Shown: one piece after another, positions 1 to 8,904 of the stretch
Layout: each line of letters opens with the position of its first letter
Numbering within the stretch: the stretch's first letter is position 1
Assembly: GCA_002422525.1 (NCBI GenBank)
Contig: DIWA01000077.1
Location: 62,096-126,095 of the forward strand
DNA: 64,000 bases
DNA from: Candidatus Hydrogenedentes bacterium UBA6118
GTDB lineage: Bacteria > Hydrogenedentota > Hydrogenedentia > Hydrogenedentales > SLHB01
Reading direction: 5' to 3'
Notes under the pieces: model-generated
Told to the model about the DNA's origin: nothing
What the model saw: only the letters and a program-made list of their open reading frames with translations
Databases searched by the model: none
Translations under genes and position numbers: made by a program

Positions 1-34
1 GGCCGGAGACGCCGCGAAGACGACGCAAGCCGCG

Positions 35-2047
35 TCATGTCGGCGAGGCCTCGGGCGGGGTATCCGCCGCGTTGTCGCCGGCGCTGAACTGGGTTCGGTA
101 CAGGCGGCGATAGATGCCGTCGCGGGCGAGCAGCTCGGCGTGCGCGCCTTGTTCGGCGATGCGGCCGCGGTCCAGCACGACGATGCGGTCGGCGCGGAGC
201 ACGGTCGAGAGTCGATGCGCGATGACGATGGTGGTGCGGCCGACGACGAAGCGGTCGATGGCCTCCTGAATCGCGCGTTCGCTCTCGGAGTCCAGGCTGG
301 ATGTGGCTTCGTCGAGGATGAGGATGGCGGGATCCTTGATGATGGCGCGGGCGATTGCGAGGCGCTGGCGCTGTCCGCCGGAGAGCGCGCCGCCGGACTC
401 GCCGATCACGGTGTCGTACTTCTCCGGGAGGGCTTCGATGAACGCGTGGGCCTGGGCGGCTTTGGCGGCGTTGCGCACGCGGTCGTCGGGGATGTCGTCG
501 CGGCCGAAGGCGATGTTCTCGCGAACGGAGTCGTTGAACAGCAGGGTCTCCTGGGTGACGAGGCCGATCTGTTCGCGCAGGCTGCGCAGGGTGACGTCGC
601 GTATGTCGACGCCGTCGATGAGGACCGCGCCTTCGTCCGGGTCGTAGAAGCGGGGCACGAGCTTGGCGAGGGTGCTTTTGCCCGCGCCGCTGAACCCGAC
701 GAGCGCGACCATCTCGCCTTTGCGGATCTCGAGGTCGATGCCGTCGAGCACTTTCGTGTCGCCGTCGTAGGAGAACCCGATGCCGCGGAAGGTCAGGGAC
801 TGATGCAGGGGCGGCAGCTCGATCGCGTCGGGCCGCTCGACGACTTCGGAGCGCGCGTCGATGAACTCGAAGACGCGCTCGGCGCTGGCGACGCTGCCCA
901 TGATCATGTTGTTGACCGCAGAGAGCTTGCGGACGGGGTCGAGGATCATCGCCAGGGGGACGATGAGGCGGACAAGCGTGCCGGCGTCCATGCCTTGCTC
1001 GATGCGGTAGCCCATGAACAGGACGAAGCCGACGACGCCGGACACGAGGACGACTTCGACAAGCGGGCCGATGGAGGCGTCGGCGCGGACCATGCGGCGG
1101 AGGTGCCGGCGGAGCATGTCGAGTTCGGCGTCGGTGCGGCGCAGCTCGTACTCCTCCATGCAGTAGCCCTGCACGACCGCGATTCCGGAGAAGACCTCCT
1201 TGCCGAGGGCGGCGAGGGAGGCGATTTTCTGGAGCGAGCGGCGGACGCTGGTCTTGAAGGTCTGGCCGACCTTCACGATCACGAAGGCGACGGGAGGCAG
1301 CACGGCGAGACCGGCCAGGGTGAGCTGCCAGTCGGCGGAGAGCGCCAGGCCGAGGAAGAAGAGCATGCGGATGGGTTCGCGGACGATCTTGACGAAGACG
1401 CTCGAGAGGCCGCGGTTGACCTGGAAGACGTCGTTGGTGAGGCGCGCGATGATCTCGCCGGTGGGGTGCTTCTGGAAAAAGCGGAAAGAGCAGCCGAGGA
1501 TGTTGGCGATCATCTCGCGGCTGAGCGTGACGGAGATGTTCGCGCCGACCGTGCCGGCGAGGTACTCCTGCAGGAAGCGGAACGCGCCGGTGACGAAGAC
1601 GAGGACGAGCACGATGGTGCAGGCGATGTAGAGCGCGGGCATGCGGTTTTCGCGCATGGCGCGGACGAGGAGGAGAAGGCGGTCGCCCGCGGAGGCGTCG
1701 GGGGGGACGTCCTGGCCGAACAGCGGCATCCACGTGACGACGCGCCCGGCGGTTCGGTAGGCGAGGTCGGTCGCGCCGGCGCCGTCGCGCTCGAACTCCT
1801 TTGCGTACTGCGCGACCGTCCGGTAGACTTCCGCCTCGTCGCCGAAAACGACCTGAACGACGCCCGCGACGGCGAGGATCATCGAGGTGGACGAGGCGGC
1901 GACGATGACCGCGAAAAGGATCGACACGGCGAGGCGGCCCTTGTAGGGCCAGGCATAGCCGAGCAGGCGGCGATAGACGGCCCAGGCGCTGCCGGGCTTT
2001 GCGCGACCGGACGGGGATGCGCCGTTCTGAAGGCCGAGTTCGATCAC
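35..2047 (-). CDS. ABC exporter, fused permease/ATP-binding protein (MsbA-like)
   Basis: 670 aa; six TM segments N-terminal, then Walker A GAGKST, signature LSGGQRQRLAIARAI and Walker B ILDEATSSLD. Confidence 0.85.
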   Translation of the reverse strand: MIELGLQNGASPSGRAKPGSAWAVYRRLLGYAWPYKGRLAVSILFAVIVAASSTSMILAVAGVVQVVFGDEAEVYRTVAQYAKEFERDGAGATDLAYRTAGRVVTWMPLFGQDVPPDASAGDRLLLLVRAMRENRMPALYIACTIVLVLVFVTGAFRFLQEYLAGTVGANISVTLSREMIANILGCSFRFFQKHPTGEIIARLTNDVFQVNRGLSSVFVKIVREPIRMLFFLGLALSADWQLTLAGLAVLPPVAFVIVKVGQTFKTSVRRSLQKIASLAALGKEVFSGIAVVQGYCMEEYELRRTDAELDMLRRHLRRMVRADASIGPLVEVVLVSGVVGFVLFMGYRIEQGMDAGTLVRLIVPLAMILDPVRKLSAVNNMIMGSVASAERVFEFIDARSEVVERPDAIELPPLHQSLTFRGIGFSYDGDTKVLDGIDLEIRKGEMVALVGFSGAGKSTLAKLVPRFYDPDEGAVLIDGVDIRDVTLRSLREQIGLVTQETLLFNDSVRENIAFGRDDIPDDRVRNAAKAAQAHAFIEALPEKYDTVIGESGGALSGGQRQRLAIARAIIKDPAILILDEATSSLDSESERAIQEAIDRFVVGRTTIVIAHRLSTVLRADRIVVLDRGRIAEQGAHAELLARDGIYRRLYRTQFSAGDNAADTPPEASPT

Positions 2048-2161
2048 AGGAAATGCACCTCAGTGCGGGGAGTTGCGGACAAGGGAGCACGATAGCACAG
2101 GGCGCGGCGAGGGGTAAAGATGAGGGGGATGCGTAGGGGGAGCGGGATGTATGGGACCAAT

Positions 2162-2219
2162 GGGGTGGACGGGGTGGACGGGGCGGACGGGGTGGACGGG
2201 GTGGACGGGGTGGACGGGG
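2162..2219. repeat. tandem 9-mer (GGGGTGGAC)x7 microsatellite
   Basis: seven head-to-tail copies, one variant GGGGCGGAC, read directly from sequence; intergenic upstream of ABC exporter. Confidence 0.8.
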
Positions 2220-2312
2220 CAGCGGTAGGAGGCGGGGGATGGCGAAGCGGCGGCAAGCCGCCGCAGTCCAAAGGCGCTGCGCGCCTGGCGCGGGAGCGGC
2301 CTGAGGCGGAAT

Positions 2313-2708
2313 GACCGGCGAGGGGGCCGGTCCCACACTGACCGGCGAGGGCGCCGGTCCCACACAGAGGAGGCGGGACGGATCGGGGAAAGCGCGGAAT
2401 GACCGGCGAGGGCGCCGGTCCCACACACGGGTGCGGGACGGATCGGGGTAGGGGTAGGAGGTCGGGGAAGGCAAAGCGGCGGCAAGCCGCCGCAGTCCAA
2501 AGGCGCTGCGCGCCTGGTGCGGGAGCGGCCTGAGGCGGAATGACCGGCGAGGAGGCCGGTCCCACACTGACCGGCGAGGGCGCCGGTCCCACACACGGGT
2601 GCGGGACGGATCGGGGAAAGCGCGGAATGACCGGCGAGGGCGCCGGTCCCACACTGACCGGCGAGGGGGCCGGTCCCACACTGACCGGCGAGGGCGCCGG
2701 TCCCACAC
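2313..2708. repeat. composite array of eight 26-27 bp hairpin units (t)GACCGGCGAGGGCGCCGGTCCCACAC with two larger duplicated blocks
   Basis: units at about 2313, 2339, 2401, 2542, 2568, 2629, 2655 and 2682; each has an 8-bp stem GACCGGCG/CGCCGGTC with loop AGGG or AGGA; blocks about 2245-2340 vs 2475-2567 and 2366-2426 vs 2594-2654 are near-identical; intergenic between GH5 stop and ABC exporter start. Confidence 0.8.
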
Positions 2709-2760
2709 AAGGGGTGCGGGGCGGCCGGTTGACCGCCCCGCATGCGCAGGATCGTCGGGG

Positions 2761-3981
2761 CTACTGGTCGGCGTGTTTGGCGTTGAAGGCCGCGACGCGG
2801 GCGATCAGCTCGGGGCGGCTGTCGGAGGTCATGGTGTGCTCCGGCTGCCACGTGAAATGCCAGACCCACAGCGCGATGAGCGAGACTTCCTCGTCTTCGA
2901 GGCGGTCGATGGTCTCGATGAGGGAGTCGGCCCGCGGGTCGCGTTCGTGGCTGTCCGCGTCCTGTCCGAACTCGCCGATGAACACGGGCACGCGCGCCGC
3001 GTGGGTGGCGCGCACGAGCGAGATCAGGGTGTCGACGGTATGACCGCCGAGGGGTTCGGGGTCCTCGAATCTGTGGTACCAGTGGTAGCTGGCTACATCG
3101 AGGGGCTCGGGTTGGGAGAGCAGGTTGTTGGCGATCCACTCGCGCAGGGTGTCGTTGCGGTACTTGAAGTCGGGGAAGGTCTCGCGGCGGCTGGTGCACT
3201 CGGGGCGCACGCAGGCGTCGCCGCTGGTGACGAGATGGTTCGGGTCGATGTCCTTGATGAACGCGGTCTGGTCGCGGTAGATGCGCAGGAGCATGTCGAA
3301 GGTGAGCGAGTCTTCGCGCGTGTACTCGGCGCGCGGCTCGACGCCGTCGGAGAAGCAGCCGGGCGGCAGGGCCTGCTGACCCGCGCGGTCGACGTCGGCC
3401 CCGAGCATGGCCTCGTTCCCCAGCTCCCACATGAGCACGGTCGGGTCGTCCTTGTAGCGGGAGACGAAGTCGCGGATGTAGTTGTAGCAGGCTTGGTAGG
3501 TCTTGGTGTCCGGGTCGAGGATGGCCTGCTTCGGCTCCTGGTAGTAGTCGGCGAAGAAGTTCGGCATGGCGTTGAGGCTCGGGATGAGCTTCACGCCGTG
3601 TTCGCGACACAGGGCGAAGATCTCGTCCATCCGCGCCCAGTAGCGCTCCGGATCGGGGATGAACAGGAGGTCCATGTCGCGCGGGTAGCCGGGATTGGCG
3701 AAGAACCGGATGAAGGCGACGTTGGATTCGCCCGCATCGCGGATCGCCTCGACCATCGTCGCGCGGGCGGCCTCGTTGGAGCCGTACATCTGATCGATGT
3801 GCAGCCACGTGCCCATGTAGGCTTGATGCAGGTGCGGCACGTTCACGCCGATGGCGCGATACTCCGCGCCGTTGAGGAGCAGCCGCGGACCGTCCGCCGT
3901 GACGAACCCCTCGGCGGACGCGGCCAGCGCGCTCATGGCGGCCATGCACGCCAAGCCAATGCCTAACCCATACTTCGTCAT
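2761..3981 (-). CDS. secreted glycoside hydrolase family 5 (mannanase/cellulase-like)
   Basis: signal peptide MTKYGLGIGLACMAAMSALAASA; acid/base motif WELGNE and nucleophile motif IGEFG typical of GH5. Confidence 0.7.
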   Translation of the reverse strand: MTKYGLGIGLACMAAMSALAASAEGFVTADGPRLLLNGAEYRAIGVNVPHLHQAYMGTWLHIDQMYGSNEAARATMVEAIRDAGESNVAFIRFFANPGYPRDMDLLFIPDPERYWARMDEIFALCREHGVKLIPSLNAMPNFFADYYQEPKQAILDPDTKTYQACYNYIRDFVSRYKDDPTVLMWELGNEAMLGADVDRAGQQALPPGCFSDGVEPRAEYTREDSLTFDMLLRIYRDQTAFIKDIDPNHLVTSGDACVRPECTSRRETFPDFKYRNDTLREWIANNLLSQPEPLDVASYHWYHRFEDPEPLGGHTVDTLISLVRATHAARVPVFIGEFGQDADSHERDPRADSLIETIDRLEDEEVSLIALWVWHFTWQPEHTMTSDSRPELIARVAAFNAKHADQ

Positions 3982-4040
3982 TACAGATACGCCTCCTTGT
4001 GCGTGGTTGCGGGTGTGGACACGGTCGGTCGCGTCCCAGC

Positions 4041-4355
4041 CTATTCGTAGAACAGTGTAGCATCCTCCGTCACTGCCAGCCAGACCTCGTCCTGGTCGAT
4101 GTCGAAGTAGGCGTGAACCAGCCGATTCCTCATTCCCACGATTTGATGCCAGGGAACAGAAGCGTCACATGCGCGAGCCTCCGGCGATAGGTGCGCGGCT
4201 GCTTCACCCACGACGGCGAGGCAGCTGACCAGCGCGCGCGATAGCATGGCATCGCTATCCAGTTCGGCCCGCGTACGTCCCGAGGCGAAGTCCATGGCTT
4301 CCCGCGCGGCGTCAATCATGTGACGCAGGCGAATGCAGTCATCCCTCGATAGCAT
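4041..4355 (-). CDS. hepT: HepT-like toxin (DUF86, nucleotidyltransferase substrate-binding family), copy 1
   Basis: 104 aa with RNRLVHAY (Rx4HxY) motif; overlaps upstream MNT gene by 17 nt. Confidence 0.75.
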   Translation of the reverse strand: MLSRDDCIRLRHMIDAAREAMDFASGRTRAELDSDAMLSRALVSCLAVVGEAAAHLSPEARACDASVPWHQIVGMRNRLVHAYFDIDQDEVWLAVTEDATLFYE

Positions 4356-4647
4356 ATTGGGGAGCCGCTGCTTTCACGACTTCCTCCCGAAAGTACCGGC
4401 TCAGGTCGCCCGGCGTGCGTAGATCCACCTTCCGGCCCAGCTTTTCTGACAACTCGAGCTCCAGCCCGGCCATCGTCAGCAGACTGGGGGTCTTTCCCGG
4501 CTCGAACTCAACGAGGAAATCCACGTCGCTGTCCGGCCCGAAATCGTCGCGCAGAATCGAGCCGAAAAGCGACAGGCGGCGGACGTGATTGCGCCGGCAG
4601 AAGTCCGCCAGCCACTCTTTGGGCATCTCGATGTCATGGTACGGCAT
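4339..4647 (-). CDS. mntA: MNT-type minimal nucleotidyltransferase antitoxin (MntA-like), copy 1
   Basis: start MPYHDIEMP at 4647 after GGAGA RBS; [22 protein letters not shown] = GSx10DxD nucleotidyltransferase motif; the 172-aa ORF-track start is an upstream Arg-rich extension. Confidence 0.75.
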   Translation of the reverse strand: MPYHDIEMPKEWLADFCRRNHVRRLSLFGSILRDDFGPDSDVDFLVEFEPGKTPSLLTMAGLELELSEKLGRKVDLRTPGDLSRYFREEVVKAAAPQYAIEG

Positions 4648-4990
4648 GGCTGATCTCCGTGGATATTCTACTTCACCTCGATCTCGGCGGTCCACAGCCC
4701 TTCGCCGCCCATGTCGTCCCGCACCTTGCAGGCAATGCGCTTCGTGCCGCTGGCGGGAAACTCGTACTGCGCCACGAGCGCCACTTCCTTCTTGCTCCCG
4801 CGCACGAACGAATACCCCGGCGTGCTGCTGAAATGCTTCCCGTAGTCGAAGTCCCACTGCACGTTGATGATTTTCGCCCCGGCGTTCATCACCACCGTCT
4901 CGCTCACGTCAAATACATAAATCCTTGAGCCGATGCGCTTGTAGCCTACCTCGACCTTTGGCGGCTGCACGAAGGTCAGGAAGTTCTCGT
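4486..4990. repeat. near-identical block copy A (PKD-like 3' half + promoter + MNT 5' half)
   Basis: matches 5821-6215 with only scattered substitutions, whereas flanking HepT and MNT 3' halves are only about 50 percent identical at protein level. Confidence 0.8.
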
Positions 4991-5040
4991 AGTCCGCGTG
5001 GTGCGTCGAGAGCGCCGTCACATGCTCGCGGAAGCGCCGA
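4668..5040 (-). CDS. small PKD-like beta-sandwich protein associated with MNT/HepT cassette, copy 1 (start uncertain)
   Basis: C-terminal 75 aa [66 protein letters not shown] resembles the PKD WDFGDG motif; paralogue at 5999-6229 differs by 2 synonymous and 2 nonsynonymous changes, consistent with minus-strand coding; first ATG at 4889, and protein-like sequence continues upstream to about 5040, so an alternative start is likely. Confidence 0.5.
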
Positions 5041-5294
5041 CGAATCCCGCGGGATCGCTGCTGTTCGGCGTCTACGTGTTCGCGGTGCATGGATCCGCCG
5101 CGAGGCTGGCGCTGGTCCCCGTGCTGCATCGGTTCGACGCGCCGGGACGATCGGAGCGATGGCTGCGGTATCCGGCGGCGGTCGCGCTGATGGTCGGGTG
5201 CGCGTTCGTCGGCGCATGGCTGGCCGCCGTCGCGATGCTTCCGTTCGGCGGCTTGCCGCCGGAGCAGTCGATAGTCGCGCATCCGTTCTGGTAG
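4998..5294 (+). CDS. possible small membrane-protein gene or gene fragment between the two cassettes
   Basis: 98 aa with hydrophobic stretches GSLLFGVYVFAVHG and AVALMVGCAFVGAWLAAVAMLPFGG, not Arg/Pro-rich like antisense artefacts; no recognisable family. Confidence 0.25.
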   Translation: MVRRERRHMLAEAPTNPAGSLLFGVYVFAVHGSAARLALVPVLHRFDAPGRSERWLRYPAAVALMVGCAFVGAWLAAVAMLPFGGLPPEQSIVAHPFW

Positions 5295-5329
5295 GCGGCC
5301 TCGTGTTTGGCGAATTGATTGAACATCGG

Positions 5330-5686
5330 TCAGGCTTCGCCTTCTGGGTCGTTCGCGAGCAATTCCTCGATGCGCGCCAGGAACGGAGGCAGGTCTTCCG
5401 TCAGTGTCTTCCATAACAGGTCGTAGTCAATTTCGTAGTAGGCGTGCACCAGGCGGTTGCGCATGCCGATGATCGCGGCCCACGGCAAGTCTGAATGTTG
5501 CGCCCGGAACTCCGGGCTGAGACATCCGGCAGCCTCGCCCACGATTTCCAGGCACTTGACCAGACCGAGCGTTCTGACTGAGTCCGCTCGCAGCGCTGCT
5601 ACGTCTCGACCGGCGATCGTTGCAACGGCCATCCCCCCCGCTTCGCGCATGTCCATCAACAATGCCCGCCGGCTACGTCTCGACAT
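5330..5686 (-). CDS. hepT: HepT-like toxin (DUF86), copy 2
   Basis: 118 aa; [16 protein letters not shown] motif; about half identical to copy 1. Confidence 0.75.
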   Translation of the reverse strand: MSRRSRRALLMDMREAGGMAVATIAGRDVAALRADSVRTLGLVKCLEIVGEAAGCLSPEFRAQHSDLPWAAIIGMRNRLVHAYYEIDYDLLWKTLTEDLPPFLARIEELLANDPEGEA

Positions 5687-5978
5687 ACTGGGCCTGCGCT
5701 TCTCGCAGCACCTCGTCGCGGAAATAGCGGCTCAACTCGGCTGCCGTACGCAAGTCAGCCTTGCGCCCGATCATCTCCGAAAGCTCGATCTCCATGCTTG
5801 CGATTCCGAACAGGCCCGGGGTCTTTCCCGGCTCGAACTCAACGAGGAAATCCACGTCGCTGTCCGGGCCGAAATCGTCGCGCAGGATCGAGCCGAAAAG
5901 CGAGAGGCGGCGGATGTGATTGCGCCGGCAGAACTCGGCCAGCCACTCTTTGGGCATCTCGATGTCATGGTACGGCAT
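5673..5978 (-). CDS. mntA: MNT-type nucleotidyltransferase antitoxin (MntA-like), copy 2
   Basis: start MPYHDIEMP at 5978; N-terminal 60 aa nearly identical to copy 1, C-terminal 40 aa diverged. Confidence 0.75.
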   Translation of the reverse strand: MPYHDIEMPKEWLAEFCRRNHIRRLSLFGSILRDDFGPDSDVDFLVEFEPGKTPGLFGIASMEIELSEMIGRKADLRTAAELSRYFRDEVLREAQAQYVET

Positions 5979-6215
5979 GGCTGATCTCCGTGGGTATTCT
6001 ACTTCACCTCGATCTCGGCGGTCCACAGCCCTTCGCCGCCCATGTCGTCCTGCACCTTGCAGGCAATGCGCTTCGTGCCGCTGGCGGGGAATTCGTACTG
6101 CGCCACGAGCGCCACTTCCTTCTTGCTCCCGCGCACGAACGAATACCCCGGCGTGCTGCTGAAACGCTTCCCGTAGTCGAAGTCCCACTGCACGTTGATG
6201 GTTTTCGCCCCGGCG
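5821..6215. repeat. near-identical block copy B
   Basis: see copy A at 4486-4990; similarity ends inside the PKD-like ORF, and copy B has a new ATG ([10 protein letters not shown]) at the breakpoint. Confidence 0.8.
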
Positions 6216-6229
6216 TCGGGATATCCCAT
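5999..6229 (-). CDS. small PKD-like protein, copy 2 (N-terminally shortened)
   Basis: 76 aa [26 protein letters not shown]...AEIEVK; same C-terminus as copy 1. Confidence 0.5.
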   Translation of the reverse strand: MGYPDAGAKTINVQWDFDYGKRFSSTPGYSFVRGSKKEVALVAQYEFPASGTKRIACKVQDDMGGEGLWTAEIEVK

Positions 6230-6499
6230 TCGTTGTTGGAACTGCCGATGGCCTTCACGCCGCGCGCACTTCAGCGTAGTCAGTAGCGAACCGTTTGTCA
6301 ACGGCTCTTTCCCGTGCTTCCGTAGCTTGCGTCGTACGCTCTCGCTTGCCCGCCCGGAGGACAGAGCAACGAGGGGACGCGACCCGAGCGGCGTGAGAAG
6401 CGCTTTCGATCGGTCGGCGGGATGGGGTATGATTCCGGCCTTGCAGCCGGGCGTCCGGTGCGGGGCCGTGAACTTGACCAGCAGGGAGCGACCGTGAGT

Positions 6500-7690
6500 A
6501 TGTTTGAGCAACTCGATGTGGCTCCGCCCGATGCGATTCTCGGGCTGAGCGAAGCCTTCCAGAAGGACCCGACCCCGGGGAAGATCAATCTGAGCGTGGG
6601 CGTGTACAAGGACGCAGACGGGAAGACGCCGGTGCTGTCGGTGGTCAAGGAGGCGGAGCGGCGTCTGCTGGCTGAGGAGGCGACGAAGTCGTACCTGGGG
6701 ATCGACGGGTCGGCGGCGTACGGCGCGTCGGTGCAGGAGTTGGTGTTCGGCGCCGGCCATGAGGCGGTGACGTCGCGGCGGTGCGCGGTCGTGCAGACGC
6801 CGGGCGGGACGGGCGCGCTGCGGGTGGCGGCGGACTTTCTGAAGGCGAAGCTGGGCGGCCCGACGGTGTGGATGAGCGATCCGACGTGGGCGAATCACGG
6901 GAGCGTGTTCGCGGCGGCGGGGCTGACGTGCCAGACCTACCCGTATTACGATCACGCGAGCCATTCGCTTGATTTCGAGGGCATGACGGAGGCGTTGCGC
7001 GAGGTTCCCGCGGGGGATGTCGTGCTGTTGCATGGCTGTTGTCACAATCCCACGGGGATGGACCCGGATCTCAGCCAGTGGAAGGCGCTGGCGGCGTTGT
7101 CGGCGGAGCGGGGCTGGATCCCGCTGGTGGATTTCGCCTATCAGGGGTTCGCGGAGGGGCTCGAGGCGGACGCGCTGGGTGCGCGCGAGTTCGTCGCGAC
7201 GGGCCGGGAGATGTTCATCTGCTCGTCGTTCTCGAAGAACTTCGGGTTGTATAATGAGCGCGTGGGCGCGCTGTTGATCGTGGGGGCGTCGGAGGACGGC
7301 GCGCAGAAGGCGCTGGGGCATGTGAAGCGGGTGATCCGGGCGAACTATTCGAACCCGCCGGCGCACGGCGCGCTGATCGTGCGCACGACGTTGGCCGACG
7401 CGGAGCTGCGCGTGCAGTGGGAGGCGGAGGTGACGGGGATGCGGGATCGCATCAACGAGATGCGCCGCCTCTTCGTGGAGACGCTCAAGGCGAAGGGCGT
7501 GACGCGGGACTTCTCGTTCATCTCGCGTCAACGGGGGATGTTCTCGTTCTCCGGGCTGACGCCGGAGCAGGTGAAGCGGTTGCGTGATGAATACGCCATC
7601 TATATCGTTGGAAGCGGGCGCATTAATGTGGCCGGCATGACGCGAGGTAATATGGATCGGTTGTGCGAGGCCGTCGCGAGCGTGTTGTAG
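6500..7690 (+). CDS. aspC: aspartate/aromatic-amino-acid aminotransferase (class I, AspC/TyrB-like)
   Basis: start MFEQLD at 6500; PLP-lysine motif SFSKNFGLYNERVGAL; overall AspC architecture. Confidence 0.85.
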   Translation: MFEQLDVAPPDAILGLSEAFQKDPTPGKINLSVGVYKDADGKTPVLSVVKEAERRLLAEEATKSYLGIDGSAAYGASVQELVFGAGHEAVTSRRCAVVQTPGGTGALRVAADFLKAKLGGPTVWMSDPTWANHGSVFAAAGLTCQTYPYYDHASHSLDFEGMTEALREVPAGDVVLLHGCCHNPTGMDPDLSQWKALAALSAERGWIPLVDFAYQGFAEGLEADALGAREFVATGREMFICSSFSKNFGLYNERVGALLIVGASEDGAQKALGHVKRVIRANYSNPPAHGALIVRTTLADAELRVQWEAEVTGMRDRINEMRRLFVETLKAKGVTRDFSFISRQRGMFSFSGLTPEQVKRLRDEYAIYIVGSGRINVAGMTRGNMDRLCEAVASVL

Positions 7691-7728
7691 GGCGGTTTGC
7701 GTCGACCTCGCCCGAGGAGGAATGCAGT

Positions 7729-8220
7729 ATGGATGCGATTGAGGCGCTGAAGACGCGCAGGTCAGTAAGGAGCTACAAGAGCGACCCGGTGTCGCGGGAG
7801 GTGATCGCGGATATCGTGGACTGCGGCCGGCTGGCCGCGAGCGCGATCAACATCCAGCCGTGGGAGTTCGTTGTGGTGACGGACCAGACGATGCGCAGCC
7901 GCATCGCGGATGCGACGGACCACGGCAAGCACATCGCGGAAGCGGCGGTGTGCGTCGCGGTTTTCTGCAAGGAAGGCGCGTACTACCTGGAGGATGGGTG
8001 CGCCGCGACGCAGAACATTCTGGTGGCCGCGCGGGCGCATGGACTGGGTTCGTGCTGGGTGGCCGGCGACCGGAAGGCGTACACGGGGGAGATCGCGAAG
8101 TTGCTCGGGGCGCCGGCGGACTACAAGCTGGTCAGCCTGATCGCGATCGGTCACCCGGTGCAGGCGGACGAACCGCCGAAGCGGCCGCTTGAAGAGGTGT
8201 TGCACTGGGAGAAGTTCTGA
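7729..8220 (+). CDS. nitroreductase family protein
   Basis: GAGGAGG RBS then ATG at 7729; RRSVRSYKSDPV and SAINIQPWEFVVV motifs. Confidence 0.75.
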   Translation: MDAIEALKTRRSVRSYKSDPVSREVIADIVDCGRLAASAINIQPWEFVVVTDQTMRSRIADATDHGKHIAEAAVCVAVFCKEGAYYLEDGCAATQNILVAARAHGLGSCWVAGDRKAYTGEIAKLLGAPADYKLVSLIAIGHPVQADEPPKRPLEEVLHWEKF

Positions 8221-8259
8221 GGGGAACCGCCTCGGACGCACTGGTTGGGTTGGATAGAC

Positions 8260-8297
8260 GGGCCCGCACTCCGGATGACGGCGTGCGGGCCTTTTCG
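8260..8297. terminator. bidirectional intrinsic terminator between convergent genes
   Basis: 9-bp perfect stem GGCCCGCAC / GTGCGGGCC with 13-nt loop, followed by TTTTCG; between nitroreductase stop (8220) and PsiE-like stop (8324). Confidence 0.55.
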
Positions 8298-8323
8298 ATC
8301 GCGCGCGGGGCGGCCGGCGGGGG

Positions 8324-8836
8324 CTACTCGATGGAGCCGGCGCGGTGCTCGTCTTCGGCGGCGCCGCTGTCGCGGACCACGACGAGCCAGTAGCCGATGC
8401 CCATGGCGAGGACGACGGCGGCGATGGCGAAGATCATCTCGTGGGTGGTCTCTTTGAGGTCGAGGATGATGACCTTTCGCGCGATGGCCATCATGGCGGT
8501 GGCCATGACGATCTTGACGTGGATGACGTTTTCCTCGAGGTAGATCGCGATGTTGACGAAGATCTCGATGGCGATGAGGACCGCCATGAACGCGCCGAAG
8601 GTGTTGAGGATGTCCTCGATCTTGAGGAGCATGAAGGGGGGCGTGCTCAGGTGCTCGTAGAGGACATAGACGACGTCGAGGACGCCCCACATGATGACGC
8701 CCGTCATGAGGACCGCGAGGATGCGGACGGCGATGCGGTTGATCCGTTTCAGGAAGCGGATGGTCGGGTCTTCCTGGTGGGCGATTGTGTAGCCGACGTC
8801 GCGGGTCGTCTCTTTGAGTTCGCTGTCCCGGCCCAT
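8324..8836 (-). CDS. PsiE-family (phosphate-starvation-inducible E-like) membrane protein
   Basis: 170 aa, 4 TM; FMAVLIAIEIFVNIAIYL and MATAMMAIARKVIILD segments parallel conserved PsiE helices. Confidence 0.5.
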   Translation of the reverse strand: MGRDSELKETTRDVGYTIAHQEDPTIRFLKRINRIAVRILAVLMTGVIMWGVLDVVYVLYEHLSTPPFMLLKIEDILNTFGAFMAVLIAIEIFVNIAIYLEENVIHVKIVMATAMMAIARKVIILDLKETTHEMIFAIAAVVLAMGIGYWLVVVRDSGAAEDEHRAGSIE

Positions 8837-8904
8837 ATACCTCCTTCTGCTTGCGCCTCGGCGCGGTGAGAGTATATCACCGGCGCGGGGATGGTTGGAA
8901 GCGG

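Noticed and set aside
2313-2708. Possible CRISPR array (regular hairpin repeats of about 27 bp)
   Set aside because: Several units are directly adjacent with no spacer. Where intervening sequence exists (for example 2366-2400 vs 2595-2628) it is itself duplicated rather than unique. No cas genes nearby.
2044-4063. ORFs 2044-2706 and 2060-4063 (minus) and 2540-3043 (plus) translating the repeat array into Pro-rich (VGPAPSPVS) or TGEGAGP repeats
   Set aside because: They are out of frame with, or antisense to, the well-supported GH5 gene. Their composition is Arg/Pro/Gly-rich, typical of off-frame translation of GC-rich DNA. The repeat unit is a symmetrical hairpin.
5999-7531. 510-aa minus-strand ORF spanning the aminotransferase region
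   Set aside because: It is antisense to a clear AspC-like gene and Arg/Pro/His-rich. Only its last 76 codons (the PKD-like copy 2) look real.
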